Assembly (NCBI RefSeq): GCF_964355755.1
Contig: NC_092674.1
Span: forward strand, 124,001 to 188,000
DNA length: 64,000 nucleotides
Reading direction: 5' to 3'
Origin: Antedon mediterranea
Lineage: Eukaryota; Animalia; Echinodermata
The position numbers and the translations under genes are program-made. A model generated the notes under the pieces. That model was not told the origin of the DNA. It saw nothing but the letters and a program-made list of their open reading frames with translations, and did not search any database. Shown piece by piece: positions 53,232 to 64,000 of the stretch; within the stretch, counting starts at the first letter, position 1; each line of letters opens with the position of its first letter.

Positions 53232-54287
53232 ATGAATAATACAACAGATTCCGACAAATCATTGGGAGCTAAAATAACAATTGGACTTGTGCTAGGAAGC
53301 ATCACGTTCGTTGTCATATTTGGAAACGTTCTAGTACTTCTGTCACCATTTTTCAGCAGAAACCTGCTTAAGAAGCCAACATACATATTCCTTATTTCTC
53401 TTGCCATTGCCGACCTATTACTCGGAATCATTGTTTTACCCTTCAGTAGCATCATCGCCGTCACAGGAACATGGTTTTTTGGTCCTGTTGTATGTAATCT
53501 GTATGTATCTTCAGACGTGTGTTTCTCTACTTCCTCTATACTTCATTTGCTTGTTATTACACTTGATCGCTATTATGCGGCTGCATCTCCATTTCATTAT
53601 AAAACAAGAATGAAACAGAACTGCGCCCTTCTCATTGTTATTATCGTCTGGTTTGTATCTGTTATGATATCTTTCCCGCCAATTCACACGGGTCTTAATA
53701 CTGACGATGGTGTTATACAAAGCTACGAAGACAGATCTACATGCGTGTTAGAAACAAACAAAATATATAGTCTTGTAGATGGAATAGGACTTTTCTTCAT
53801 TCCTTTAATATTTATGTGTGTTCTATACGTACATCTTATCCTCATAGTTCGGAAAAAAGGAGCTGTATCAAGCAAGAACTCTTATAAAGAAAGACGTCTT
53901 GTTATTACAATAGCCGTGGTACTGAGTGGATTTGCTGTTTGCTGGGTACCATATTTTACAATATTCACGGTTGGTGAACTTTTCAAATGGCAAGCACACC
54001 CTGTAGTGTCCGATGTGGTACTCTGGCTTGGATATTTAAACAGTAGTATTAACCCAATTATATATGGACTATTGAATCAGAAATTTCGCGATGCTTTCCG
54101 TAAAATGTTATGTATTACTTGTAATAAAACCGACGCGTCTTCTAATTACAGCATGTCTCGGACTTCGTATTACACAACAAATAACCAAGCTCTTAGTCGA
54201 ATGAAAAATACTACAAAGAATAAGAATGGATGCACTAACAAACATATTTATGAAGAGGCTATATCTTCATCTCCAACAAAAGTGTGA
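53232..54287 (+). CDS. HRH2: Histamine H2 receptor-like class A aminergic GPCR, 351 aa, intronless CDS
   Basis: Seven hydrophobic segments with GN (TM1), SLAIADLLLG (TM2), Asp3.32 and DRY (TM3), the H2-type TM5 Asp in LVDG, CWVPYF (TM6) and VLWLGYLNSSINPIIY (TM7). N-terminal N-glycosylation sequons. Orthology to vertebrate HRH2 is not demonstrated. Confidence 0.9.
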   Translation: MNNTTDSDKSLGAKITIGLVLGSITFVVIFGNVLVLLSPFFSRNLLKKPTYIFLISLAIADLLLGIIVLPFSSIIAVTGTWFFGPVVCNLYVSSDVCFSTSSILHLLVITLDRYYAAASPFHYKTRMKQNCALLIVIIVWFVSVMISFPPIHTGLNTDDGVIQSYEDRSTCVLETNKIYSLVDGIGLFFIPLIFMCVLYVHLILIVRKKGAVSSKNSYKERRLVITIAVVLSGFAVCWVPYFTIFTVGELFKWQAHPVVSDVVLWLGYLNSSINPIIYGLLNQKFRDAFRKMLCITCNKTDASSNYSMSRTSYYTTNNQALSRMKNTTKNKNGCTNKHIYEEAISSSPTKV

Positions 54288-55125
54288 ATAAAAGCGAAGA
54301 ACGATGTCAAAGACAATATAACCAGAATTACTGGTCTGGAATGGACATATTTAAATAACTAAAGCTTACGGAAGCTAAATATATTTTAGAATAGCTGGTT
54401 GTATACATATACGTGGTAATTTGTGCATGCATTTACTCCACCCGTAAAGCTCTCTTAAGACTTTTGTGTCGTAAAATTATTTATCTAGACAACATACTCA
54501 AGAAGCAAGCAGCATATACTAAGCAGTTGCTTTGTTTTGATTTAAACTTACTAATCTGACAAGATAAAAACATTAAGGATAAAGTATTTCCCACTGTCCA
54601 TATTATGTATTGTAGACATAGTACTCTAATAGCCATAATAAACGTATCACCATTTTACTAGTGTAATGTTGACTAAAATATATGGTAATAATAAAAAAAA
54701 AAACATATATCAGTAATTATTTGTAAGCTATCCTACTGCAAGTTGTATTTTAGGTTTGGAGCTTAAACACAGCCTGTGTATTGACTTTCTATTTTGGCTT
54801 ATTAAGCCCATGCTACAACTCTATGCTTTAACTATTAGCCTCTAGCATACAGATGGTTAACTATAAACCCATGTAACCCATGTTTATTAGTATTTTACTG
54901 CTATAGATTTCACATGCATATCTTAGCCCTTTGAGTGAAATATGACGATATCAATAAAGTTTCAGTGTGTATAGGATCATGTAATACAATATACATGTTG
55001 TGTTCTTTAATGTTCGGTGTCTACAACACATCCTTATAATTACTGGAAGAATAAACGAAAGTAAGCATTGACCCGCCTATTTATTATTTTACGTTGTTAG
55101 GCCTACTGTAGGTCTGTGTTGCTGT

Positions 55126-55160
55126 TGATGGTGGTGGTGGTGGTGGTGGTGTTGTTGTTG
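55126..55160. repeat. (GGT)n(GTT)n compound microsatellite
   Basis: Direct reading of the sequence. Confidence 0.85.
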
Positions 55161-57029
55161 CAAAAGTTTCTTAACACTCCGTTTCATCAACAGAATTGAT
55201 GACTAAGCCAAGTACTGTTACTCAGTGCTATCTAATTTTATCTTTTTTGTAAATGCATCTTCATGATTACTTTAAGTTTCAGAAAGCATCAGTGCCTTGG
55301 GCAGTTTCATCTGATCCAACATCGTTCCTAATTTGCAATATAGGTTCTCCTCACAATTTATACTTTCATCATACACAATTTTGTTTTTAATCTGAATAAA
55401 TTCGGATTAATTTTTAAAGCAGTGAATAACATGAATTTTAAGAAACATTCTACTGTTTGTTACATAATTTATTACACTCTTTGTTACTAGAGTACTACAT
55501 TATAGGTTTATTGAGATTATTACAATTAATAATGAGATATTGTTTGCATGCCGAAATCAAATGTTGATATAAAGTTTGCGGTACACCACGTAGGCCTATA
55601 TATAGTTCTAAAAAGAACTGTTGAGTTTCTTTTGAGATATAATAATAAATTTAACTATTTCAATACAAATGATGAACTTAGATAGTTATGAACTTAGATT
55701 TTTAATTATTGATCCAAAAATATACAGTTAATCAGTCACTTTTCCCTGAGTTACTATTATAAGTAATCAGTCACTCTTCTCTGAGTTAATACTCACAGAA
55801 TTGGATTGGTGCCTTTATTATCCTGTCATTAATAGTACAAGACACACTTAATAGGATAGTTATAGTACTTGTTTGCTTCTTGGTTGGGGCAATGCATTTA
55901 AGCACAAGCGCTTCAATGTGAACAAATGAACTTCATTATGAAAACGTTGAAGTGCTTTTGGACATTAGTTTCTAATTCAATAACTCAGTCAGATTTTGTA
56001 CGATGAGTATTATGACTAAAACAATGCAGCAAGCATTTATGACTTATTAAAGCTAATAAATTGAGATCAGTAACTTACGAATATCATAACAAGGAGTCAT
56101 TTAATGCGACACGGTTAATTACAATGAGTCCTTTATGTGCAAAGAAATATTGTAAGTGCACCAGGAACGTACTGAATCTAATAATACGATACTAACTATC
56201 ATTGAAATTCAAAAGTTTAATGTCACAACAAATATTATAAACAATTAAAGTCGATTGAACAAAAAGCCTAAGTCTGTGTTTTTAGATTTAAATTTGTATG
56301 CGAAGTGTCGATATTTACCAACGGGGTTAATTAATATTCTATCATTGAAGAATCCCATATGACCCCCGAGGTTTTAATTTATGTAGGATGTATAAGCAGG
56401 TGCCAAATTTAATATTGAAATTTACGATATGATTTAGTGTACATTTCATCTCTAAAATGTCCATTCTTCGTATATATGCGAAGCGCGTGTGTGTATGTTG
56501 GAGACAAAGAGACCAGACGGGATAGAGGTAATTCTTACCAGAGAATAAGAATGGGGGAGTTAGCATTCCATGAAATTGTTTGGATTTATTCTTCTTCTTT
56601 ATGCTTCTCTCCATTAACTTATCTCTTTTGCTCTTAACCAATAATTTGTTAATTAATTCAATAATTATTATTTTTATATTTTCACAAGTCATCTCTGCAT
56701 CTCATTTTGGTTTTGCCTCTTTCCTTTTCCCAGCTATCTTTGGTTGCCCAACCACATAGTGCTGCTTGTTCACCCATTCTCCTGAAGTATCTGTTTTTTG
56801 TCCATTATTGTTGCATTCATTACGAATGTTGCCATGAGCCAGCGAAGCATGCATGCAATATTCATCATTCATCTTATTTATTTAACGTTCTATATTGTTC
56901 CTACTCTGATATAGTCTGGGTTCCAGACGGAGTTTTGTCTTAATATTAGTTAAAAGATAAATATTTTGGCACATATGGCGTTTCATACGTATACTACTTG
57001 ATTTTGGATACTCCGTCTGGGGAAACACG

Positions 57030-57695
57030 CAAAAGTCACGTGGTTTGACACCAAGAATTCTTGGTGCATACGATTATCCGGTTGACTAGTTTCAGCTGCA
57101 TGCGATTGGCTACTCTCTCGTACACCGTTTAAATATTCATATTTAAGAATTTCAAAGACTCAACAACTAAGATGATGCGCATGCGCATGCGCTATGTTAC
57201 GTTTAGACAATGTGACTTGGGTACATTTATGAAAGTTCTGAAGGCTAGAAATTATTTTATATGCCTAGTAGTCTGGTAAACATTTGATGGGATCTTTGAA
57301 ACATGAAAACTCGTCTTGATATATGATAGGCTAGCTTCTCCGCAAATCAAACATTGAATGGATCATTTATTACGCGGAGATAATTTTGATTTAATTCCCA
57401 CCCAGACCCTGTCCTGTTCTGTGTGGTGGTGTAGCCCTGTTGTGTGCCGGTGGTATGTAGGCCTACTTCATTGGCGTTTTATTTGGCAGGTCATACGTGA
57501 GTAGGACCTACGAAAGAGGCCTAGGCCAAGGACTAAACAATTAATAAACAAAACAACTTGGCATTACTATTTTATATTTCAACAGTCTCGATCGTACATT
57601 AAGCACTGGTAGGCATACATACTCGATCTCTTTCATTTTGAAACAAAATGATCATTGGTTGATTCGAAATCCATATTTACATACCGCCCGCCCCA
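57030..57695. promoter_or_regulatory. Possible housekeeping-type promoter region
   Basis: E-box GTCACGTG (about 57035), inverted CCAAT (about 57105), NRF1-type TGCGCATGCGCA (57176-57187), GC box CCGCCCGCCCC (about 57684) and locally more CpG. No associated gene was identified. Confidence 0.3.
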
Positions 57696-58572
57696 TATAG
57701 CCAAATACGGTATGATAACCTACGTCATTCTTATCGTATGTTTGCGGTCTGCAAATCGATTTCTATACGTGTTTCACAAGTCTGTATTTTCAGACAAAAA
57801 TCGCGGTCGAAATAAAAACAAATAAATAAAAAAAAAAGATAATACGGACTTGGGGCAAGTCTAACTCTGATAACGCGGGTGTTCTTAAAATTGAGGGCGC
57901 TAAACATAACATTTACGCAGAGCCATAAAATTATTATATAGTTATGTATAAAGGTATATTCAGAGCATCATTTCGCATTTCGACGATCGAGCATTCTCTA
58001 CTTCTACGGAGCGCCATTTATGCCTTATTTACTTCTGAAATAGAAATAGTACTACGGTAACTGGTTCAGTGGACCAAATTTAGCACCAGTGGAGCACAGT
58101 GATATGAAATAGAAATAAGTCACTCATTTTAATATCTTTTCGTATGTTAATACACTGTTCTCAAGTGGACCCAATTTGGAGCCAGTGGAGCACAGTGATA
58201 TATATAGAAACAAGTCATTGAATACATTGTGCTCATGTGGACCCAATTTGGAGCCAAGGGAGCATAGTGATATAAAATAGAAATAAGTCACTGAATTTTA
58301 ATATCTTTTCGTATGTTATAATACACACTGTGCTCAAGTGGACCCAATTTGGAGCCAGGGGAGCACAGTGATATAAAATAGAAATAAGTCACTGAATTGT
58401 AATATCTTTTCGTATTTTAATACAATGTACTCAAGTGTACCCAATTTGGCACCAGGCGAGCACAGTGATATAAAATAGAAATAAGTCACTAAATTTTGAA
58501 AAGCTGATAATGGTCTATTTATACGTGTGTTACGTAATTCATCATTACGTCATAAATATCCTATTAACCTTG

Positions 58573-58612
58573 CTAAAACCATGGAGTAAAGAATATTACT
58601 CCATGCTAAAAC
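58573..58612. mobile_element. Mini-palindrome CATGGAGTAA...TTACTCCATG with 7-bp TSD
   Basis: Reads CTAAAAC-CATGGAGTAAAGAATATTACTCCATG-CTAAAAC. Same family as 33972-33991. Confidence 0.8.
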
Positions 58613-58618
58613 CAAAAT

Positions 58619-58884
58619 GATCAGTTAGCTCAGTCGTCTGAGCGTCGTGTTAACAACACGTATGTCGTGGGTTCGATTCCCACGCTGGTCGGTGGAATAG
58701 AGTTAAGGCTATGCGAGCCACTGTGTTTGGGGTTCACAGATCATACGTCCCCCTTTCCACCACACATCATGAGGCAACAACATCAATGCATCTGGTGATG
58801 TGGTGGAAACGACCCCTAAAAGGCTGTGACAGTGCCTTAGTGCTGAGGCAGGGAGAGCACAGTCATTTAGCATCTTTTTTTTTT
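58619..58884 (+). ncRNA. tRNA-headed Pol III-like unit (tRNA-Ile-like body, AAC anticodon) with structured 3' extension; SINE or ncRNA
   Basis: 58619-58691 folds as a cloverleaf: acceptor GATCAGT/GCTGGTC, D stem GCTC/GAGC, anticodon arm CGTG-TTAACAA-CACG and T arm GTGGG-TTCGATT-CCCAC. Downstream hairpins follow, then a T10 run at 58875-58884. Confidence 0.62.
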
Positions 58885-61800
58885 GGCTATCGCCAACTGC
58901 TTTGATGGTGTAAATTTTATGTTTAGCGCCCTCAATTTATTTTAATGTTAAAAAAGGGAATTAATTCTCTTCGTTACGTGTTTAGAAGAGAATTAATTTT
59001 ATCTCATCGTAGTTTGGTATGCCGTGCGTTTGTTATGCAAATGAGTGTGCACATGTGCTGTGGGAAAGATGGTATTGTTAGTCATTCGTGACCAACACAA
59101 CACTGTTCAATTTTTATTTTGTTAATCTTTTACATTAGAATTGTAATTCTACCGTTACACATTATAGTGTATTTTTAAATATCCGTTTCATGCAAGATAT
59201 TGTATTGTAAGCCTATTAATATGTTGTGAATAAAAGTATATGGCAGAATAAATAAATAAATAAATAAATATGTGTTAAATAGATCTTCGAAATTGAAGCA
59301 CATATGAAGTAGAGTTTTTTTTAAACACAACCTAAAATTCGCATCTGGATAGTTGAAATTTAACATTATAATTATCAAAGGTGATATGTTAAATCTAATT
59401 GTTTTCTAAATTCTAGAAATATTAAAATTAGTAAGTAGGCTTTTGTGTGCTAGCTCTGTTTGTATTTCATAATTTTGTTTTGTTGAATTACCATGGTGAG
59501 CTTAACTGGAGACTTATATAAATAATATTTAATTTCATATTTCAATAAATATTTTTTTCAAAATTGTCTTTGCTCAGCCCCAATCATGATGGGGTAGTGA
59601 AGACTCTTATATATCATGTTTCAAAATGAGGTGTCATTTCTGGGGACCTTGTAGCTATTTTCAACAGTTTGGTAAGCCCTGCGTTGTTATGCAAATGAGT
59701 TTGTGCAGGTGTAATGGGGAAGATAGTATTGTTAGTCCCACGCGGTGAACACGCCACAAAATTAAATTTAAAAGTTAAATTTTGATTTTGTTAATCTTTA
59801 TTAGAAATTAAAATCATGTAAAGATACAATTTTCCGGGCGGGAACCTAGAAGCTCCCCTCCTTTAGTTTGCAAAAGTAATCTTGAAAAGAACCCCATGCG
59901 GAAAAGAAGCTTACCCGTTGAAAAGAAGCCCACCGTACCCAAGAGTACTAAAAAATGAGGAACACATGGGCTCTTTTTGGGGTTTTATGGTGTCTATTTA
60001 ATGGAAAAGTGAATGCCATACAAAATTTTTTTTAAATAAAAAAAATATTCATAAAAAATATCAGTCGAGGTTCGAACCCCAACTGATAGCACTCAAAACT
60101 GATCATTACCCGTTGCACCACAAACTGAAACTAGCTGAATAGCTGATAATAGTCTATTTATACGTCTATTTTCATTGCTCTGCCTCAACCATGGATGGGC
60201 TAGTACTGGAGACTTAATATTTAATTTTATATTTCAATGAATAGGTGCACTTTCCGGGGACAAGCTCATATATTGTCCTGGTAAGTCTTATATATTTTGT
60301 TTCATTTAAATTATGTAACGCCATTTTTCGGGCGGAAACCTACTGTATACAGCTCTTTTTGTCAAAATTGTCTTTGCTCAGCCCCAAGCATGGTGGGTTA
60401 CTGAAGATTCTTATGCATGTTGTTTGAAAACATAATAGATTTTCGGGTACCTTGTAGCTCTATTTTAAAGAGTTTGGTATGTGCGTCCGTACGTGCGTTG
60501 TTATGCAAATGAGTCTGTGCAGGTGTATTATGGTAAAGATGGTATGTTAGTTCAACGCGGTCAACACGCCACACTGTTAAATTTTGATGCAGTTAATTAT
60601 TTACATTAGAAGATTTTTCAAATCATGTAAATAAAATATTTTCCGGGCGGGAAGCTAGCAGTTCCCCTCGTTTAGTTTTCAAAAGTATTCTCGAAAAGAA
60701 CTCCATGTGGAAAAGAAGCCCACCCAAGAGTACTAAAAATGAAGGAGCACATGGGTTTCTTTTCGAGGTTTTATGGCAGTCTATTTAATGGAAAATAATG
60801 CCATGCAACTTTGTTTCTGATTTAAAAAAAGTTCCATTTGACATTTACAATCTTAAAAATATCTCTCTTTCAAAATAAAAGAAAAACAATATTATTTTCC
60901 ATTTAAAAAAAAAATCCATTGGCGCCAACTTGGGTCCACTTGAGCACAGTGTGTTAACATACGAACAGATTGAAACTTGAGTGACTTATTTCTATTTTAT
61001 ATCACTGCTCTCCTGGTACCAAATTGTGTCCACTTGAGCACAGTGTTTTATACGAAAATATATAAGATTTAGTGACTTTATTTCTATTTTATATCACTGT
61101 GCTCCACTGGGGCTAAATTGCTGTGCTACCCTGGTGCTAAATTGGGTCCACTTGAGCAGTTACCGTAGTACTATTTCTGTTATTAAAGTTAATAAAGGCA
61201 TAAATGGCGCTCCGTAGAGAAGTAGAGAATACTGACAGTCGTCAGAATGACGCTCTGAATATACCTCATATATATATTGCGTCTACTAGCACGGTAACCC
61301 AATGATTGATTTCAATTGGAGTATAGTATATTGATGCCGCGGTCTACATTAAATAACATTAATTGAACTAATTATTATTGAAATTATCGGATCTATTACA
61401 ATTTGTTTGGTCAATTATTGTGCAATAATATTTTTAATCAAATTAAATTAATATAAAAAATTGAAATATTAAAGATGTATTTATTGTCCCTTGGAACACA
61501 AAAAAATGAAGGTCAAAAGTATTCTAAATTTACATTTGCCATACCAAAGTAATATTAAAGTTATTCACTTTAAGTCGAAAAATTCGAGCCAAAAACAACA
61601 AGTTTACGTAATTAACAGGTAAATTAGTTTGATTACATTTCGTTTGGAAAATCGTCACAAGCTAAAGTAAACAAAGATTTCAAACCACGAGTATGCATTA
61701 TACATATGCTAATTTGGATTGTTTACAACTGGTCACTGTTGAGAAGGTGTTTTCACACAGATCGCAAGGAAGTTTATGATTATGTATACAGAGTAGCCAA

Positions 61801-62139
61801 ACAAGCGCGTTCCATTATTGGACATGTTTTGATCGAAAACTTTGACTGAAAGTCAAAGTTATTTTAACAAAAAAACGTCTGTATTTCAGTTAAATAATTT
61901 TTTTTCGACTAATTTTTGGTGAAAGTTAATAACTATTATGATACTCCAAATTGACCCACTTTTTTAAAAATCTTTTTTAAAAATTTTTTTTGGCATTAGT
62001 TATTTTTTATATCGTACATTTTATTTTTCTATTTCATGCGATTTTAATTAATGTACAGTAAGAATATTTATAACTTAGTTTAAGAAATCTTAAGGTTACT
62101 TTTATAATTATTGCTTATGATGTTTGTCTTTATGATGTG

Positions 62140-62214
62140 AAGCGCCTTTTAAGCATGAGTATTCATGAAAAGGGCGCTCTAGAAATCTGGTAAATAAATA
62201 AATAAAATAAATAA
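62140..62214 (+). mobile_element. Isolated 3' tail of an L2-type LINE or partner SINE
   Basis: Stem-loop AGCGCCTTTT...AAAAGGGCGCT followed by (TAAA)n. Confidence 0.5.
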
Positions 62215-62927
62215 GGGGATCCGTCACAACCTTGGAGTCGTTTCCACGGTGTATATAGGCCTAAAGTAGGCCGTAAAGTATTATTGTTTTATTAAGTCCT
62301 TCTGTTGAAGTTATCTTACATTCTTTACCAAATAATCAAATAGACCTCATTTTATATTGACACAAAAATCATAAAAAGTTATCATTTTGCAGGTAGCTGG
62401 CAGCATTAAACAATAATATCACATAAGGCAGGAACGGCGTTCCATATACGCAATAACAACGACACGAGGAGGGGACGACTCGAGCGTGAGTGACGAGATA
62501 CACGCGAGGAGATATGTGTCTCGCTGGCGTTTGATTATCTCTAATGTATATTTATTTACAGCCTAATTAGACTGAAATATAAGGAAAAGTGACATCTAAC
62601 AATCCGAATCAGCTAGTAGTAAGCAGTTGGTTATTTCTACCCCTTTTTAACTACCACATACGCTTTATACTAACTATACTAGGCCTAGGCCAAAACCCGT
62701 CGTCGCTAATTAAGACAGACGCTAGTCTAGTTAGAGCAGCGAGAGGGGCTGCCTTCTTGCTTGATTTTGGTCCTCTAGCACGGTCTAGGCCTAGCTAGAG
62801 TTTATGAGAGTACAGCCAGATCAACCAAATAATATATCTATAATTTGTTATGCATAAACATACCATCCATCATCCTTGGTCCGCTTTCATTTCTGTTATT
62901 TATAAATGTTTGCAGATGATGTGTTGT

Positions 62928-63965
62928 GATATACTTTTATTTAGTGATGATTATTTATTTATTAATCATAAGGACATCTACCACCAAGCTATTATTTTAA
63001 TGAATCGAGAACTCACTAAAATTGCAAACTGGTTATCTAATAAGCTTTCGTTGAATATTAAAAAAACCAAATTTATTATTTTCGTTCAGTAAATAAACTA
63101 ACCCCCCCCCCCCCCCAACATTCCTAAATTATATTATGGCATTAGCGAAATTGAAAGAACAAAAGAACAACATTTCTTGGCATTTTTATTGATGAATACT
63201 TATTCTTTACTTCTCATATTAATTCAATTTCATTAAAACTATCAAGAGTGGTCGGTGTCCTCAATATTAAACTTAAACTTGCCTTGCCTTCCTCCCTGTT
63301 TTACTATTAATTTATAAATCACTTTTTTTGCCACATTTAATTTATGGTGTAACAGTTTGGGGTTTTACTTAAAAAATTAATTAAACCGACGTATTTATAT
63401 TTTGCAAAAAAGAGCTTTAAGATCAGTTTATAATGTACTATAACCTCCACAATTCAGCTCCCCTTTTTGTCTTGTCTAATACACTTAATATTTACGACTT
63501 ACTTACAAAAAATGTTGCTTTATTTATGTTTAAATTCAAACATAATCAACTGCCCAGAATTTTTGATACTTATTTTCAAACTTTTAGTTCAGTTCATAAT
63601 TATAATACCAGAAATAAATTAGATTATGCTTATGATTGTTTTAATACGGAGGTTGGCAAGCATGATATAACTTTTCAAGGACCAAAAATATGGAATTCTT
63701 TACCAGATGAACTCAAAATTATTAATTTTATATCTTCTTTTAAGTTCAAATTATATGAATACCTTGTTTCTACTATTATTGTTTAAGTTAATAATATATC
63801 TGTCTTAAGTTAAACAACAACTGCATTTGTTAAGTAAAATGTGTACCTTACCTTATTTTTTAATATATATGCCTGGACCCCACATTTTAAAGCTTTTAGC
63901 TTCCAGTGGGGTAGGCCTACATTATAATTAAAAGATAATGAAAATCATAATACAAAATAATAAAT
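62928..63965 (+). mobile_element. 5'-truncated, frameshifted L2/CR1-group (Crack/Daphne-like) LINE, C-terminal part of the RT ORF
   Basis: Motifs LLFSDD (F/YADD equivalent), WLSNKLSLNIKKTKFIIF, YGVTVWG, LQKRALR, SAPLF, HNYNTR and GPKIWNSLPDELK...FKFKL lie in shifted frames. A 3' hairpin is followed by an A-rich tail. Confidence 0.88.
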
Positions 63966-64000
63966 GTTTTTTATGTAAAAAATAACTTGTTTTGTTATAA

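Larger units (their letters stand above)
57950..61268. mobile_element. Older non-autonomous inverted-repeat (foldback-type) element, about 3.3 kb
   Basis: AGGTATATTCAGAGC...CTACGGAGCGCCATTTATGCCTT...TAGTACTACGGTAACTG at 57952-58062 is mirrored at about 61157-61266. Inverted arrays of 70-100 bp GTGGACCCAATTTGG...GAGCACAGTGATAT units at 58069-58495 and 60920-61157. Internal direct duplications at 59020-60810. TA-rich flanks, but the TSD is not resolved. Confidence 0.75.

Noticed and set aside
53165-53720. Antisense and alternate-frame ORFs over the GPCR
   Set aside because: Shadow ORFs of the real coding sequence.
58619-58691. Functional tRNA-Val(AAC) gene
   Set aside because: Ile-like body, missing D-loop GG, a mismatch at the top of the anticodon stem and no adjacent terminator. 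Reported as a tRNA-derived unit instead.
63433-63786. 117-aa ORF as a host gene
   Set aside because: It is the C-terminal remnant of the LINE ORF2.

Overview
AT-rich, intron-style animal genomic DNA. A deuterostome invertebrate such as an echinoderm is likely, inferred from a Deu-type SINE, an HRH2-like receptor and abundant TAGGCCTA. The only convincing protein-coding region is a histamine H2-like aminergic GPCR with an intronless CDS (53232-54287). Positions 5855-40309 are almost entirely four copies of a roughly 7.2 kb non-coding giant palindrome: two arms of about 3.5 kb around a spacer of about 184 bp, with termini TATGGCAAGCC...GGCTTGCCATA. Each copy has its own 6-bp target-site duplication (GAAAGA, GAAACT, CTAATG, TACTTG), so these are four independent insertions into about 1.3 kb of ancestral DNA. 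Comparing the eight arms shows patchy arm-to-arm homogenisation in copy 3, a nested Helitron, two nested 8-bp-TSD elements and several apparent excision footprints. The rest of the window holds minisatellites, a DeuSINE, a 3.3 kb inverted-repeat element carrying a structured tRNA-headed Pol III-like unit, and a decayed L2/CR1-group LINE. All coordinates and comparisons were read by eye; no alignment or database search was run.
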